Shown here: positions 38,575 to 51,018 of the stretch, piece by piece | Layout of the letters: every line of letters begins with the position of its first letter | How positions within the stretch are numbered: position 1 is the stretch's first letter | DNA from: Enoplolaimus lenunculus | Taxonomy: Eukaryota | Assembly (NCBI GenBank): GCA_030248215.1 | Contig: JASANG010001409.1 | Coordinates: 248,001 to 312,000, forward strand | DNA length: 64,000 bases | Direction: 5' to 3' | The notes under the pieces: generated by a model | Told to the model about the DNA's origin: nothing | The model's database searches: none | Seen by the model: the letters and a program-made list of their open reading frames with translations, nothing else | Position numbers and translations under genes: made by a program

Positions 38575-41500
38575 TCAGTAACAGTCGTAAAGCGTACGAT
38601 TCCGCTTAATTTGATAGTGAATTGGTAAAAGCTTGTAGTAAATGCGGTAAATTGTTGAATTACGGACTCCGTTAAGTGTTTTCCATGTACCATTGTACAA
38701 TAATTCTGACATACAACGCAAAGTCGCAGGCTGAGTATGGCTAGAAAATTTGGTTGCTCCGAGTTCATGAGCAGCTCGGAGCATTGGAAGATCACGTACA
38801 CCGTAGTAACACGATTTACCCGAGTGAATATGACTTGCACATTTTGCTGTTCGCTTTTTCGGCTGACTTATCAACCGTGAGATGGTTTGTTTTGACTTAT
38901 TAATCGCTTTTAAGTACCAGTAACAGATTCCTGAAAGTTAAGTTCGCCAATGTTTAGTTTAAGGAGCGTCCAGGTTTCTGGTGGGTGTATAAAAGAGTAG
39001 GTTTAGATTCTACGTTACATTTTTGCTAAGGCTTACGCTTAGGTTTAAGCGTAGGAACACAATTTTTTAACGCTTAGGCTTAGGAATACGCTTAATCTAC
39101 TGTTACGCCCTAAAAGTAACATTGGCCATTAAATTAATAAAAATTATATTTAAATGAGCTTTAATTTCAAATTATACTACAGTACCAATCACCAGTAAAC
39201 AGTTTATCTTGCTATAAATTTCATCCCTAAACTTTTAAGTCAACCATTCTTTCCTTCCAAAGATACAAAAACAATTTTATAAGCTTTAGAAACACTTTGA
39301 TGGACATAAGGGTTACGGTATACTTGTCGTACGACATCGTCCGTCACCATACGGTATCGTACGTGAGTAATTTGCGTACGATATACCGTATCGTAACGCC
39401 CGGTGATCGACGTCGCCGTACGGCATTAAAATAATTAAAAAGTATACCGTAACCCTAAAAGGTAAGCTCGCTATCACTAACTCAGTAAAAATTACTCGCA
39501 CGTCCAAAACCTAAAATTCTCGCTAATCCCAGTCCCGTTGAAATTAAAAAAGCCTTTAACCTGGAAAATATCCGGGTGCTCCAAGATGAACATTATGAAT
39601 AAGCGTTGACCAGTACGACTCTTCATACGCTCGAGTTCCGTTGAGAAATCGTAAAATATCAATCGCTTTTGAATCGTAGAGGCCAAATTCAACCAGCTCA
39701 CGACTCAACGTTACAAATACGCTGTCTGTGCTGTACATCGAAATATTGTGAGGCGGAATGACCCTGTAGCTCGAATTGCTCGTCTTGCTGCTGAAATTTA
39801 ATCAAACTTCGAAAGTGAATATTTTAGTCGTTTTTGCGGCTTACAGGAGTCACACGACCAAGTTGTTTTTGCGGCTTACAAGAGTCAAATGACCAAGTCG
39901 TTTTTGCGGCTTACAGGAGTCACATGACCAAGTCGTGTTTGCGGCTTACAGGAGTCACATGACCAAATCGTTTTTGCGGCTCACAGGAGTCACATGACCA
40001 AGTCGTTTTTGCTGCTTACAGGAGTCACATGACCAACATTACGGATACACCGTTGTCAATTGTTCTTAAATGCGTGTAGTACCTGTCTCTTGTTCGCGAT
40101 AGATTTTCATATTGACGTAAAGTGCGAATTTCAAAATTAGTGCAGAAGTAGGACAAACCAATTGCGACAAATGTGGCTGTATTTCAAAGCACACTATTCA
40201 TTGGTTCGAAAGTTATAAGACCTATCACCAACTGCTGATACGTTCTACATGCATACTGAGCGGTATCACAACAATTCGTCGCCCGACAACTTGTAATCCA
40301 AAATTTTTTCGACTCGATCCAAAGTGTGTGCGTCAGGTGTTTAATGAAAATTAAGCCAGATATAGAAGAAATACAATTAAATTGACGTTGAATAAACTTA
40401 CCTTTTTGGGGTCCAAACATAGTTGTATGCGTTTGCGTTGTACAATCCACAATCATTCGATCCTCTCATAATCGTAAAGATGCCGACCATTTCATAATTT
40501 GTTCGTAGCGGAAAATCTTGACCAGTATACAACTGAACATACCGCCACGGAACCTTTGGGGTCAAATCAGTCAACTGTTTCAAACATTGCAATGTTGCAT
40601 CCAGAGTCCCAGTTGATCCTGAAAATTGAAAACATTAAAATTATAGTCTTTGCGGCCAATGTTACTTTATGGGACGTAACAGTACATTAAGCGTATTCCT
40701 AAGCGTAAGCCTAAGCCTATGCGTTGCAAAAAATGTGTTCCTAAGTCTCAGCCTAAGCCTAAGCCTAAGGAAAAAATATAATCTACAATCTAAACCTACT
40801 CTTTTATGGACCCACCAGAAACCTGGACGCCTCTTAAAGTTACATGGGCCGTCCTTGCTAATTATTAGAGTATTCCCGCAAAGACTAATCTTAAGCCTAA
40901 GCATCATGTTGTTTTACAGCTTGTAATTACATACGGTAAGCTTCAAATAAAAACTGCGGCCAATGCTACTTTTACAGGCGTAACGGTAGATTACGCGTAT
41001 TTCTAGGCCTAAGCCTAAACGTTACAGAAGTGTGTACTTAAGCCTAAGCCTAAGCCTAAGCCTAAGCAAGAAATGTAATCTAAAATCTAAACCTACTGTT
41101 TTACAGACCCACCATAAATCTGGACGATCCTAAAAGTAACATAGGCCAAAATTGCAAATTCAAAAACTATATCACCATGAACGTTACAAAATTGTTCGTT
41201 TATGCCATGGTCTTTGATTGGTAACAATTTGTCGCTCCACAACTTGCAGCCTGGACAGTATCCTGAGCCTAACGTTTAAAGTATAATCCTAAGCCTCAGC
41301 GAAAACCATTATGATAATCGAAAATTTATCGAATCAACGAGATTTTGTGGTACAAATTGTTGGTTGATATGTTGTCACACGACGAATTCGAATCAGCAAT
41401 AACCAAAAATATTTGATAAACAATACAAATTTTTGGTAATCAATAGCGTCAAACAGTTCCGATTTAACATCTTTGCACTGTAAATTCCAGTGAGTTGATT

Positions 41501-44500
41501 TTATCAATAAGTTGAATGACCTCAGAAGGCTGAGCTCAGACTTAGGTCTTTCAGAACTCAAAATTCTGATTTGACTTAAAACTCATTTTGAGAGTAAATT
41601 AATCAACTCACCCGGAATTAAAACAGCTCAAAGCGAATTAATATGTACCGCAGCTAATTCAGAATTGACCAAAAATTACTAATTCTTTCTAAGTTGATTA
41701 ATCAACTCACTGGAATTTACAGTGTGAGTTGAAAATTCAAACTCGAGACATCGTGATTTCTGCCCGGCATGGGGCGACCTACGAACGTGCTCCACGGACC
41801 GCTTAGAGGAACAAGGCCTGCCACGCCTGTCCTACGAGACCTTAGGTCTCAGATTGATCTCTACCTTACCCCAGCGGACATGAAATGACTTCTGGGCGAA
41901 TGTAATGTTGCTTGGCGTTAAACACTGGACTGCTTGCGTTAACGCAACGCGAAATGCAATTGTCGTTGTTTCATTAAAATGAATGCAATACACGTTTTGA
42001 GGCCAATATAACGTTTGCAATAATCGCAATATTTGATCTGCGTTATGCCATACCAAAATCACATATGCAAGCGAAAAACTAGCTTCCGAATTCGTCCGAG
42101 GTTGTGATGGAAAATAGTATGCTGTCCTGCAAACAAGCAACCTTATGTTTACCCTTTCTCACATAAATATTTTCTATTTCATCTGAGAACTAATTTAAAG
42201 CCAAGATTTGAACACACAAGTGAAAAGCGTAACGCTTGTAAATAAAACAGTTGACCTGTGTTTTTGTACCGAAATCACGTACTGTAGTGACCTGTATAAG
42301 AGGTTGAGGATGATATTTGTTTGGCCTTTCAAGAGAATGCACCCCGCTGTTATTCGGCTACGGAGTGTTACTTAGCGTTAACCCACACTCCGCTACCCTT
42401 TGTTAGTGATATATCTGGTATTGCAACTATCCGTTGAATATAACGTTTATTTATCTTGTATCAAAAGCTTGAGCGATAATGCAAGGTTATACTTTGGAAT
42501 ATACTTTCAAGATTAAGTACGCTTTAAAGTTTTGAACTCAACTGTATTTGGTCCTGGAGTCATTTATGTGATAAATAACATTGATGGACTCTAAGTGTTA
42601 GGGACTCGATCCGCCCACTGATGGTTATTAGGATACGGCGGACTGCTATTGATTGGGACTCAAAATGGGGACTACCTTTTGTTACCCGCCCACCCCTTAT
42701 TCAGGTCATTACAGTAGGCAACTAAAAATGGGTTGGAAATTCGAACGGGGTTGTGATAGAAAATAGTAAACCATTATGAACACGGAAAACCTTATTTTAT
42801 AATTAGCGGTGCCAACAGAAACCAAAATTCGATACAAGCATTCAACACCTGTAAGCATGTCGCTATACGGGTCGTTGGGTGCCGTTCATCGCCGTCCGTC
42901 ACCATGCGGCACCGGACGGCACGCTACGTAAATTGCCGTACGGGCCAAGACCCCAAACGAAACGTCGTTGCGTTCATGTTTTAATCAAATGTGGTATTTT
43001 GCTTTATATCCCTCCAAGCCGGTGGTTCCACTGTTCTCTCAAACATTGGCCCATTTTGGAAATACAAATTAGATGTTCTCTTGACCTACCTTTAGCTGCA
43101 AGCACTAGCGGATCCAGACGGGGGGGCGGGGGTTGTCGTACTCCCCCCTGTCAGAATTTTATTTGTGATAAAACGGTAAGCTGACTACCTTACACAAGTT
43201 ACCCCCTCCGAAAATTTATTGTAAACAATTCAAATTTATAATTAGTCTCCTTGGAAAATGCTTGGACAAAACATGATAAACGTTACAATGTTACCCCCAA
43301 AGAAATTTTTAGTGATAATATGATAAGCCTTACAATTTTTGCGTTTCATACCACTTGCCAGCCCGCCCCCCCTTCGCGTCAGCAACTACAGGAACCGCCT
43401 CTGGCTCAAGTTGTCGCAGCGAAATGTTGTGGTCTTTTGGTTTATTCGCCCAAGCCGGTGTTCGCCAAAAAGTGGTCCGGTTTTGAAAAAATTACATATT
43501 TGATATCCTCACGATCTACTCTCATAACGTCGCGTCGAAATTTGAAGTTTTGCAAAATTCTATTTGTTGAGAAGGTCGCGAGAACCTCAAATATGCATAA
43601 CAATTCAAAATGGAATCTTTTTAGCTCGAACACTGACTTTGGGAATAACAGTAATGACCGACACGTTGCGAACGTCAGCATAAACCGATAATTGGTACAC
43701 TTCAAAAAACAGCGAGTCAAATTGGCTGTCTCCGAAATAGGCTTTTCTTGGCTACACAAACTGAGTCAAAATTCGACTCCGTCTGAATCAAAGTCGACTC
43801 AATTCGACTCTGGCGGAGTCGAATTTTGACTAAGTTTGTGTAGTCAGGAAACGCCTATTTCGGAGAGATTCAATTTGACTCATCATTTTTTGCAGTGTTT
43901 TAGATGCTACACACATTTGAGAGTACGAGCCACGGTTCGGCTGACCACTAACCGGAATTTCTGACAATCTTTAGTCAACTCGACGATCTGTTCATCGGTA
44001 CGCAAATCAGGTGGTTGCCATATTTCTGCGTATCGTAGCAGGTTTTGACTGTGGACCCCATCGAAAAGTGCTTGACATTTTGGAAACGGAATACCGTACG
44101 GCAGGGACGTATTGAGATGTGAATATTCGTTGAAATGAGTTTCGTTAAATGCTGATTTTTGCCTGAAAATATGGATTATTAAATTCGAAAATGATGATTA
44201 CCAGACTTTGTTTGAAAATTGGAACATTTTAGTATGTGAGATATGCTTTGTTCGTTATGTGCACATGCACTATAGTACAGTGAACTGAGTCAATTACATG
44301 GGTCGAAAATGCAAAGTTTCTGAAACCCTATTCACACGTGAAAGTTATTGCTGCAAGAACTTGCAGCTGCAACTTGCACTTACAAGTATTGTCTAAAATG
44401 ACGTTGGAAAAACTTGCAGCTGCAAATAATTCATTAAAAATCAGGTAGGCATTTTAGTTCACATGTGTGAATAACCATGCAAGTTCAATGATTGACTGCG

Positions 44501-44688
44501 GAAAAATCGTTGCATACGCCGCTGGTAGAGAGCTGTCTCTAGATCCGTTTCAACAACCCTTATAGGACAGTGTGCCCCTGAACTACTTACTTTGATTTCT
44601 GCCGAGGAATACATTTAATCACAGCGTAAATCGCAATCACAGCAACAATACAACGATAGCGTTGACTTTTAGTCGTATATAAACGCAT
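38575..44688 (-). CDS. Core-2/I-branching beta-1,6-N-acetylglucosaminyltransferase family (GT14/GCNT), paralogue 2
   Basis: Exons 44688-44591 (MRLYTTKSQRYRCIVAVIAIYAVIK), 44162-43953, 42126-41870 (FSLAYVILVW..YWPQNVYCIHFN), 40618-40402 (PWRYVQLYTGQDFPLRTNYEMV), 39790-39561 (YEESYWSTLIHNVHLGAPG), 38930-38575. Six exons with the same intron phases as paralogue 1. Confidence 0.88.
39310..39455. mobile_element. Tourist/PIF-Harbinger-like MITE
   Basis: TAA|GGGTTACGGTATACTT..AAGTATACCGTAACCC|TAA. Related CCGTC-rich elements at ~42860-42970 and ~50144-50327. Confidence 0.75.
39826..40035. repeat. 35-bp intronic minisatellite, 6 copies
   Basis: AGTCGTTTTTGCGGCTTACAGGAGTCACATGACCA repeated. Confidence 0.9.
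41476..41724. mobile_element. CACTG-terminated MITE family 1 (CMC/EnSpm-like, ~250 bp)
   Basis: TIR CACTGTAAATTCCAGTGAGTTGATT, 2-bp TSD (TG here; TA or TG elsewhere), repeated GAGTTGA/TCAACTC motifs. Other copies ~3032-3285, 5149-5398, 5592-5844, 27364-27615, 27640-27891. Confidence 0.85.
42282..42714. mobile_element. TA-flanked ~430-bp MITE (Tc1/mariner-type target site)
   Basis: TA|CTGTAGTGACC..GGTCATTACAG|TA. Copies ~702-1115, 11120-11563, 59382-59830 and partial 34441-34826, 61995-62343 share the internal sequence (e.g. GAGTCCGTATTCCTAATAAGAGTC, AAATAAACGTTTAATTCAACGGATA). Confidence 0.8.
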
Positions 44689-46587
44689 TTACAAACTCTA
44701 CGTATCATTAGCCAGTTTAAAACTGAACACATATAAACTCTAAAACGTAAATCGAGTCTAAATTTTGCCAGCAAAAACAGTAAACGTAGCACATACAAGC
44801 GGAAATAGGGCTATATACAGCCTAGTGACTTTAAGACAGATGATGATAATAATTTTCACCGACGTTCGAATAACCACGCTTGTTGTTAGCAGCAGAAAAA
44901 TGCTTCAGTACCCGCCTAAGTTTGGTAGAAAATAACTGTTACGCGAAAGTTGAGCACTTGTGAAACCAAAATTCTGGTTATACTCTTGGATGTAGGTCTC
45001 AGTTTGTAGCTTTACCTGTTTTGATAGCTTAAATTGACATACACAAACACTGCTAACATTGATTTTTATTGCGATCGAACGACAAGCGAAAATATAACGA
45101 AAAAACAGCATATTTTCATTTCTGAAAACTGGATCCAGTGGCTTGTATATTTGTCCCAATGTAAGCCTGTAGTAGTCTCATGGATTTTAGAAGCTATTGA
45201 CAGCGATTGTTTTTCAACTCTGCAAACTTAATTGTTCTTCGTTGATCTCGATGTTATAGAGCGGTAAAACATTTACTTGGGACCCTTGGATCTGTTTCTG
45301 GGGTGAGCAGCTATCCTAACGCCGGTCTCCTCAACGAGTGATAGGTGTTTCACGGTTGAGTTCATTTTAAAGTGCGTAAGGCCCATGTTACTTTAAGGGG
45401 CGACCAGGTTTCTGGTGGGTCTGTAAAAGAGTAGGCTTAAGATTCTAGATTACATTTTGTTTGTGTAGGATTAGGCTTACGCTTAGGAATACACTTTTGC
45501 AACGCTTACGCTTAGGCTTAGGTTGAGATTTAGGCTTAGGCTTAGGTTTAGACTTAGGCTTAGGCTTATGAATACGCTTTAATCAAGCGCTACGCCCCTA
45601 AAAGTAACATTAGCCCAATGATGTGTGATCCGTGCGCAAGATTTTAAGATATTTTTCATGAACGAAAAACATTTAAGCAGTTGAGATACTTAAAAGTGAA
45701 CAGGTTAACAGGTTTTAGGCATTGACTACACGTTCCAGCCAGGTTTTCGGTTCGGACGGTATAACTTTTATGTAAAAGAAAACTATTTGCTTCTAAGATA
45801 TAAAAGGTTTTTCGAAAATCCGGTAAAAGTGATTTTTTTGCCTCTACAAATTTAGGGACAGGGTATATCATCCTGTCTCAATCCCACTTGTATACGAACC
45901 TGACCAAACTAAATATCTATCAGGTTTGATTTTGAAAGAAGCCTAAATTTTCCGTGGGGGGTAATACTTTAATGCAGTCAGTGCCGCGGCGGAAGCGCCC
46001 TCCAATCCCACACAATTCGGAAGTGGGCGACCTTTAGGGGGCCCGAGCCTGTGGGACTCGGACCCTTGTGGTGTCCGATCCTTGACGGCCCCACTTTGAC
46101 AAACTAAAAACTGTTTTCGCTGACCACGAAGTTATAGAGTTGGAAAACTTTTTTTTGGTTACCCCTCGTACTTGTTTGGGGGGGCCCGAATATCTTAACG
46201 TCGACCCTGGATGCAGTAGCCATTTTACGTATTGACTGTAAACGTATTATACAAACCAATAGTCCTTAAGTCTAGTAGTATCCAGCTAACCTTGCTCGGG
46301 GAGATAGGTAAAAAATTTTGAGCCAGTAGCACACAAGGCTTTTCGATGACTTAATACAAGCGAGGTTGAAAATTTTCAAAGGGGATTAAATATTTCCATT
46401 GGGGCTGAACCCCCTTGGCCCCTCTCCAATCTGGCTACGGGCCTAATTCCAGTGGAGATAGAACGCGAATAGTGAAGTGTTATCAGTCGAGTTTACACGG
46501 CATCCTACATTTTTAAATTCAAATCCTTTCTGAACTTTCGCCTTTGATAAAAAATTCGGTATATTTTTTGGTGTTTGAAAGTTTGAG

Positions 46588-46765
46588 CAGTGCCAGATCC
46601 AAGATTTCAAAATGGGGGGCAAAATTTCATAGGTAATAAACTTATTTTTTTCACCCACACAACACAAACCACGGACTATTGCCATAAAATTGCTTTATAA
46701 TTTTTGACGAGATGCTGTTGAGGGGGGCACGGCCGGGGTGGCCCCACCCCATGGATCCGCCATTG
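46588..46765. mobile_element. hAT-like MITE
   Basis: CAGTGCCAGATCCA..TGGATCCGCCATTG with perfect 8-bp TSD AGTTTGAG. Similar G/C-run elements at ~43103-43403, 45979-46209 (TSD a/gATGCAGT) and 38390-38539. Confidence 0.7.
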
Positions 46766-48534
46766 AGTTTGAGCTTTGTTTTTACATATGATACTATCGT
46801 TCAGTTCAACGAAGCGTTGAGTACAACTGAATGGACGATGAGTGTAAAAGTCTACTCGACCATCAGTGGTTTTGAAAAAATATTTCGGAGCCAGAAAGGC
46901 GGGTGTCTGCTCACTCCAATCTCATACCAGTTTTGCATCTTTAAAATGGGTTCGTTTTTGCTTGTAAAAATACTTCGTAACCTCTGTATTCTCTACTTTA
47001 AAATATGCCCCCACCCAGCGTGTTGGAATAGCATCAGACTGAGAAGTGTGTACGTAAAATGTGAAAACTGGGGGAACGCATAGAAACGTTCCCCTTTGTC
47101 TCTTGTGCCGCCTCTAACACGACCAAGAAACTACTTTGTTGAAGACTATAAGCTATGTATGTACGGAAGTAGATACATTATGGGCGACAACCCGTGAGTG
47201 GGGTCATCGACCTACCCCACCCCCACTTTTTGAGTATAACACGCGGTAGGTGTTTTTGACCCCCCGCTTTCGAAAGACAAAAAACCTTGACTGGTGTATC
47301 AGTATCCAAAACGTCTGACAGTTGTGATAGGCATCGGGTATTCTTTCATATCCTGATATCCGCAAATATATTTTCTATTTGGATATCCGAAATAGTTACT
47401 TTTAGTGGTGCCCTGCTGTCGTGACACTACACCGCAATTAGAGTAGGCTTAAATTTTAGACCATTTTTCTTTAGGCAGGCTCAAGCTTTGTGTTAACCTT
47501 GTGTTTAATTGCGCTGTGGAGGCTTAAACTTAGGAATATATTTTGTGCTGAGTTGAATTGTGTCAATTTTTTTTTACGTTGCATGACTGGTTTAGCGCAC
47601 CTAATTTACTATTAATGATTGAAATACTTTTGATTAAACAACCAAGACTATTAAGCGCTTTTCCATCAACCGAATGAAGCTGTTTATTGTGCAAACGGAA
47701 CCCAATGAACAAACATATACATGTTAACGGTTAGAACAGGCCATTTTTTATGCGATAAAATGGTTTTGTAATTGATGAGGGTGACGCAATACTTGTCCGT
47801 GGAAAGTGTGCTACCCCCCACATTTGACAACAAATTGCACCCATGAATGCCCGGTACGTAACCGGAACGTATTTAAAACATCTTTAGCCTTTTTAAGTAA
47901 ATGAATGGGTCCGTGGCCATGCATTCCTTGAAATATTCTAACTTTGGCCCATGTTGCTTTATGGGGCGTCCAGGTTTCTGGTGGGTCTATAAAAGAGTAG
48001 GTTTACATTCTTGATTACATTTTTTGCTTAGGCTTAGGCTTAGGCTTAGACTTAGGCTTAGGCTTAGGAACCCATTTTTGCAACGCTTAGGCTTATTGTT
48101 AGGCTTAGGATTACCCCTTAATCTACTGTTACGCCCCTTTAAGTAACATTGGCCGTAACTTTTATGATAAATTCAAAGCTAAGCAAGACCATACAGAACA
48201 ACTTTTACTTTCTTTTAAGCTATTGTTTACTGATCGCAATCGTACACCACTGTACCTATATTTGGTATCATTGCAATGTGTTCTGAAGCATTTTTGACTT
48301 CAGTAGCTGATATACTGAAGTTTTCAAGCCAAAAAACTTTTGTTTCTATGTCACTGAAGTAGAAAAAAACTGTCAGTTCAAAGCGTTAATTGCGGTGGCA
48401 CTTGTAAAGATCAGGCGCGAAACGTTCTTATGTGAGACCACAATAGAGCAAAGCTAAGCTTTAGACTGATTTCTTTGCTTTGATACTGCTGTTACTGCCC
48501 TGTTCTATGGCTATTGCGGTAGTCATAAAGTTGG

Positions 48535-49240
48535 ACCGGTTTAATTCTAATGCGGGGTTCAAGTTATAACCGGGCAGCTTGGGACACGTTTTGTCCCTGT
48601 TAGCCCATTGGGTAACATTTTGTCTACTAATACACTCTATTATCATATTCAAAAAGAGGCAAGTATTTGTCTGCTATCATCATATGTAGGTCAACTTTTG
48701 TCCTTCAATATTATATGATATTCGTCGTATTGTCAGCGAATATATGATATATATATACAAATGTCTGCATACTTGAAGCAACATACCCAAATTGTCCTGT
48801 TGAATATCATATGATGCTAGAATTTTAAATTTGAATTTTTGAATTATGACACTGTTTTTAAGCGGTTTTGTGCCGGAAAGAAATTTGCTGACGTGTATTC
48901 GGTATTTTAAGCACAGGTGTGCCTCTGCCGACCGACTTTCCATTAATCTATTAGCACCCGAAAGTTACACTGTCCCGCAGAATATCATATGATATTCGTT
49001 GTAATTTTGGAATATCATATGATATTCGCAAAAATGTCTAACAGTATCACGTGACATACCGACTATTGCACACATTGATTTTCTGAGAGAGTTGCTTGTA
49101 TGTAAATGTCATATGACGTTCGAGATTTTTCTGTTCACCCGATATGAGTGCTCGAATTTTAACGTAGACGTCGAATCAACATGGGACAAACCGTCTCCCA
49201 CCTGCCCCGGTTATAACGTGAATCCCGCATACTATCCGGT
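48535..49240. mobile_element. TIR element with ~65-bp imperfect inverted ends
   Basis: ACCGG..ATGCGGGGTTCAAGTTATAACCGGGCAG..TTTGTCCC at the left; GGGACAAA..CTGCCCCGGTTATAACGTGAATCCCGCAT..CCGGT at the right; internal repeated ATATCATATGATAT palindromes. Confidence 0.55.
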
Positions 49241-49626
49241 TCCGTTATTTTTGCTATTCGTTTGCCCACTATGGTAATTTCCAAAAATGCCTGAAATCAA
49301 ACAATTTACCTTTAACCTATGGTTTTTTACCTTTTTTTGCCCATTTTCGCAAAATTAATGCTCTCAAACTTAATCTCAAACAGTGCCAGTCTCTGGCATT
49401 GCGATTGGTTGCAAAACGCCCCGAAATACGAGAGCAAATCAGGTATTTAAAAGGTTGCAAGATAATTCCACATAAACATTTTGCTGAACAGCGCCTAAAA
49501 CTGGTGCTTATTTTGAGCATCTTAACTTAAATGCTGGATCATGTCAAGATCAGAGGCGAAACGTTTTTCTGCGAAACTGCAATAAAGTAAACTTAAGCTT
49601 TAGACTGTTTTATCTTAGGCTTAGGC

Positions 49627-49835
49627 GGCCAATGTAAAGAACAGGGGTGGAACAGTATTATAAGCATACTACTAAGCATAAGCATACGCCTAAGCGTATG
49701 CGTAAGAATGAGTTTATTTCCAAGCTTAAATTTAAGCCTAAGTCTAAGCCCTAAGCAAATAATTCGTCTAAAACTTAAGCTTACTCTATCCTAGTCCCAC
49801 AGGAAAACGTTCCGCCCCTGATCTTTACATGGGCC
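49627..49835 (+). mobile_element. Subfamily A MITE nested in the TTAGGC tract of an oppositely oriented relative (49536-49896)
   Basis: Complete TIRs flanked by an exact TSD GCTTAGGC, which is part of the host element's telomeric tract. Confidence 0.9.
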
Positions 49836-51018
49836 GCTTAGGCTTAGGAATACGCTTATACCACATACTGTTACGGCCCTGTTCTATGCATCGGTCATAA
49901 TACTTGACTCGTCTGGAAGCAGTAAATCTGTTAAAATTTCCGAATTTGTAAACTTGGGATTTTATGACTTAAAAGTTCCGTTATCAATTTTGTTTTCGGC
50001 CGTCAGCTGTGCTGCGTCCAAGCCAAATAGCCACAACTTCGTATTCAACAGTAAAATTTATTATACAAAAATTCCAAATAAACATCACTGATAATATATA
50101 TACAATACAGTGGAAGATTGATTCCGAAACAGTCCGCTTTACGCTTGCGCTATACCTTTGTTGACGTCCAGCGCCGTCCGTCACCGTGCAGTATCGTACG
50201 CAAACGACTGACGTACGATAACTTATGGTATGAGCGATGACGGAAGGTGCCGGACGTGTGACTCACGGTGGCGGGCGGCACCGTACGGGTGACGGACGGC
50301 ATCGGACATCAAGTATAGCGCAAACCTAATGCTTATTACGCGGTTCGCAATAATTATTGCAACCCCAGACGCAGATATGCTAGAACTTGGGGTCAATGTT
50401 ATTTTAAAGGGCGTAACAGTAGATTAAGCGTATTCCTAAACCTAAGCCTAAGCCAAAGCGTTGCAAAAATGCTCTTCTTAGCCTAAGCCTACACCTAAGT
50501 CTAAGCCTAAGCAAAAAATGTAATCTAGAATCTAAATCTACTCTTTTATTCACCCACCAGAAACCTGGACGCCCCTTTAAGTAACATGGGCCTTACGCAC
50601 TTTAAAATGAACTCAACCGTGACACACCTATCACTCGTTGAGGAGACCGGCGTTAGGATAGCTGCTCACCCCAGAAACAGATCCAAGGGTCCCAAGTAAA
50701 TGTTTCACCGCTCTATAACTTCGAGATCAGCGAAGAACAATTAAGTTTGCCGAGTTGAAAAACAATCGCTGTCAATACCTTCTAAAATCCATGAGACTAC
50801 TACAGGCTTACATTGGGACAAATGTTTTACGTTCAATAATTCTGTTTGCACATTTTTCGTCATTTATAAAATATTAAATTCCTAGAATTTACACGAAGCA
50901 CATTTTTTGTTTCAAAAGTAACATCAGGCAAAGCTTGCATTCATGCATTTTTTCAATCACACGGCTAACGTATCATATAGACCCGTTACAGTAGTATAAG
51001 CATATTCATAAGCCAAAG

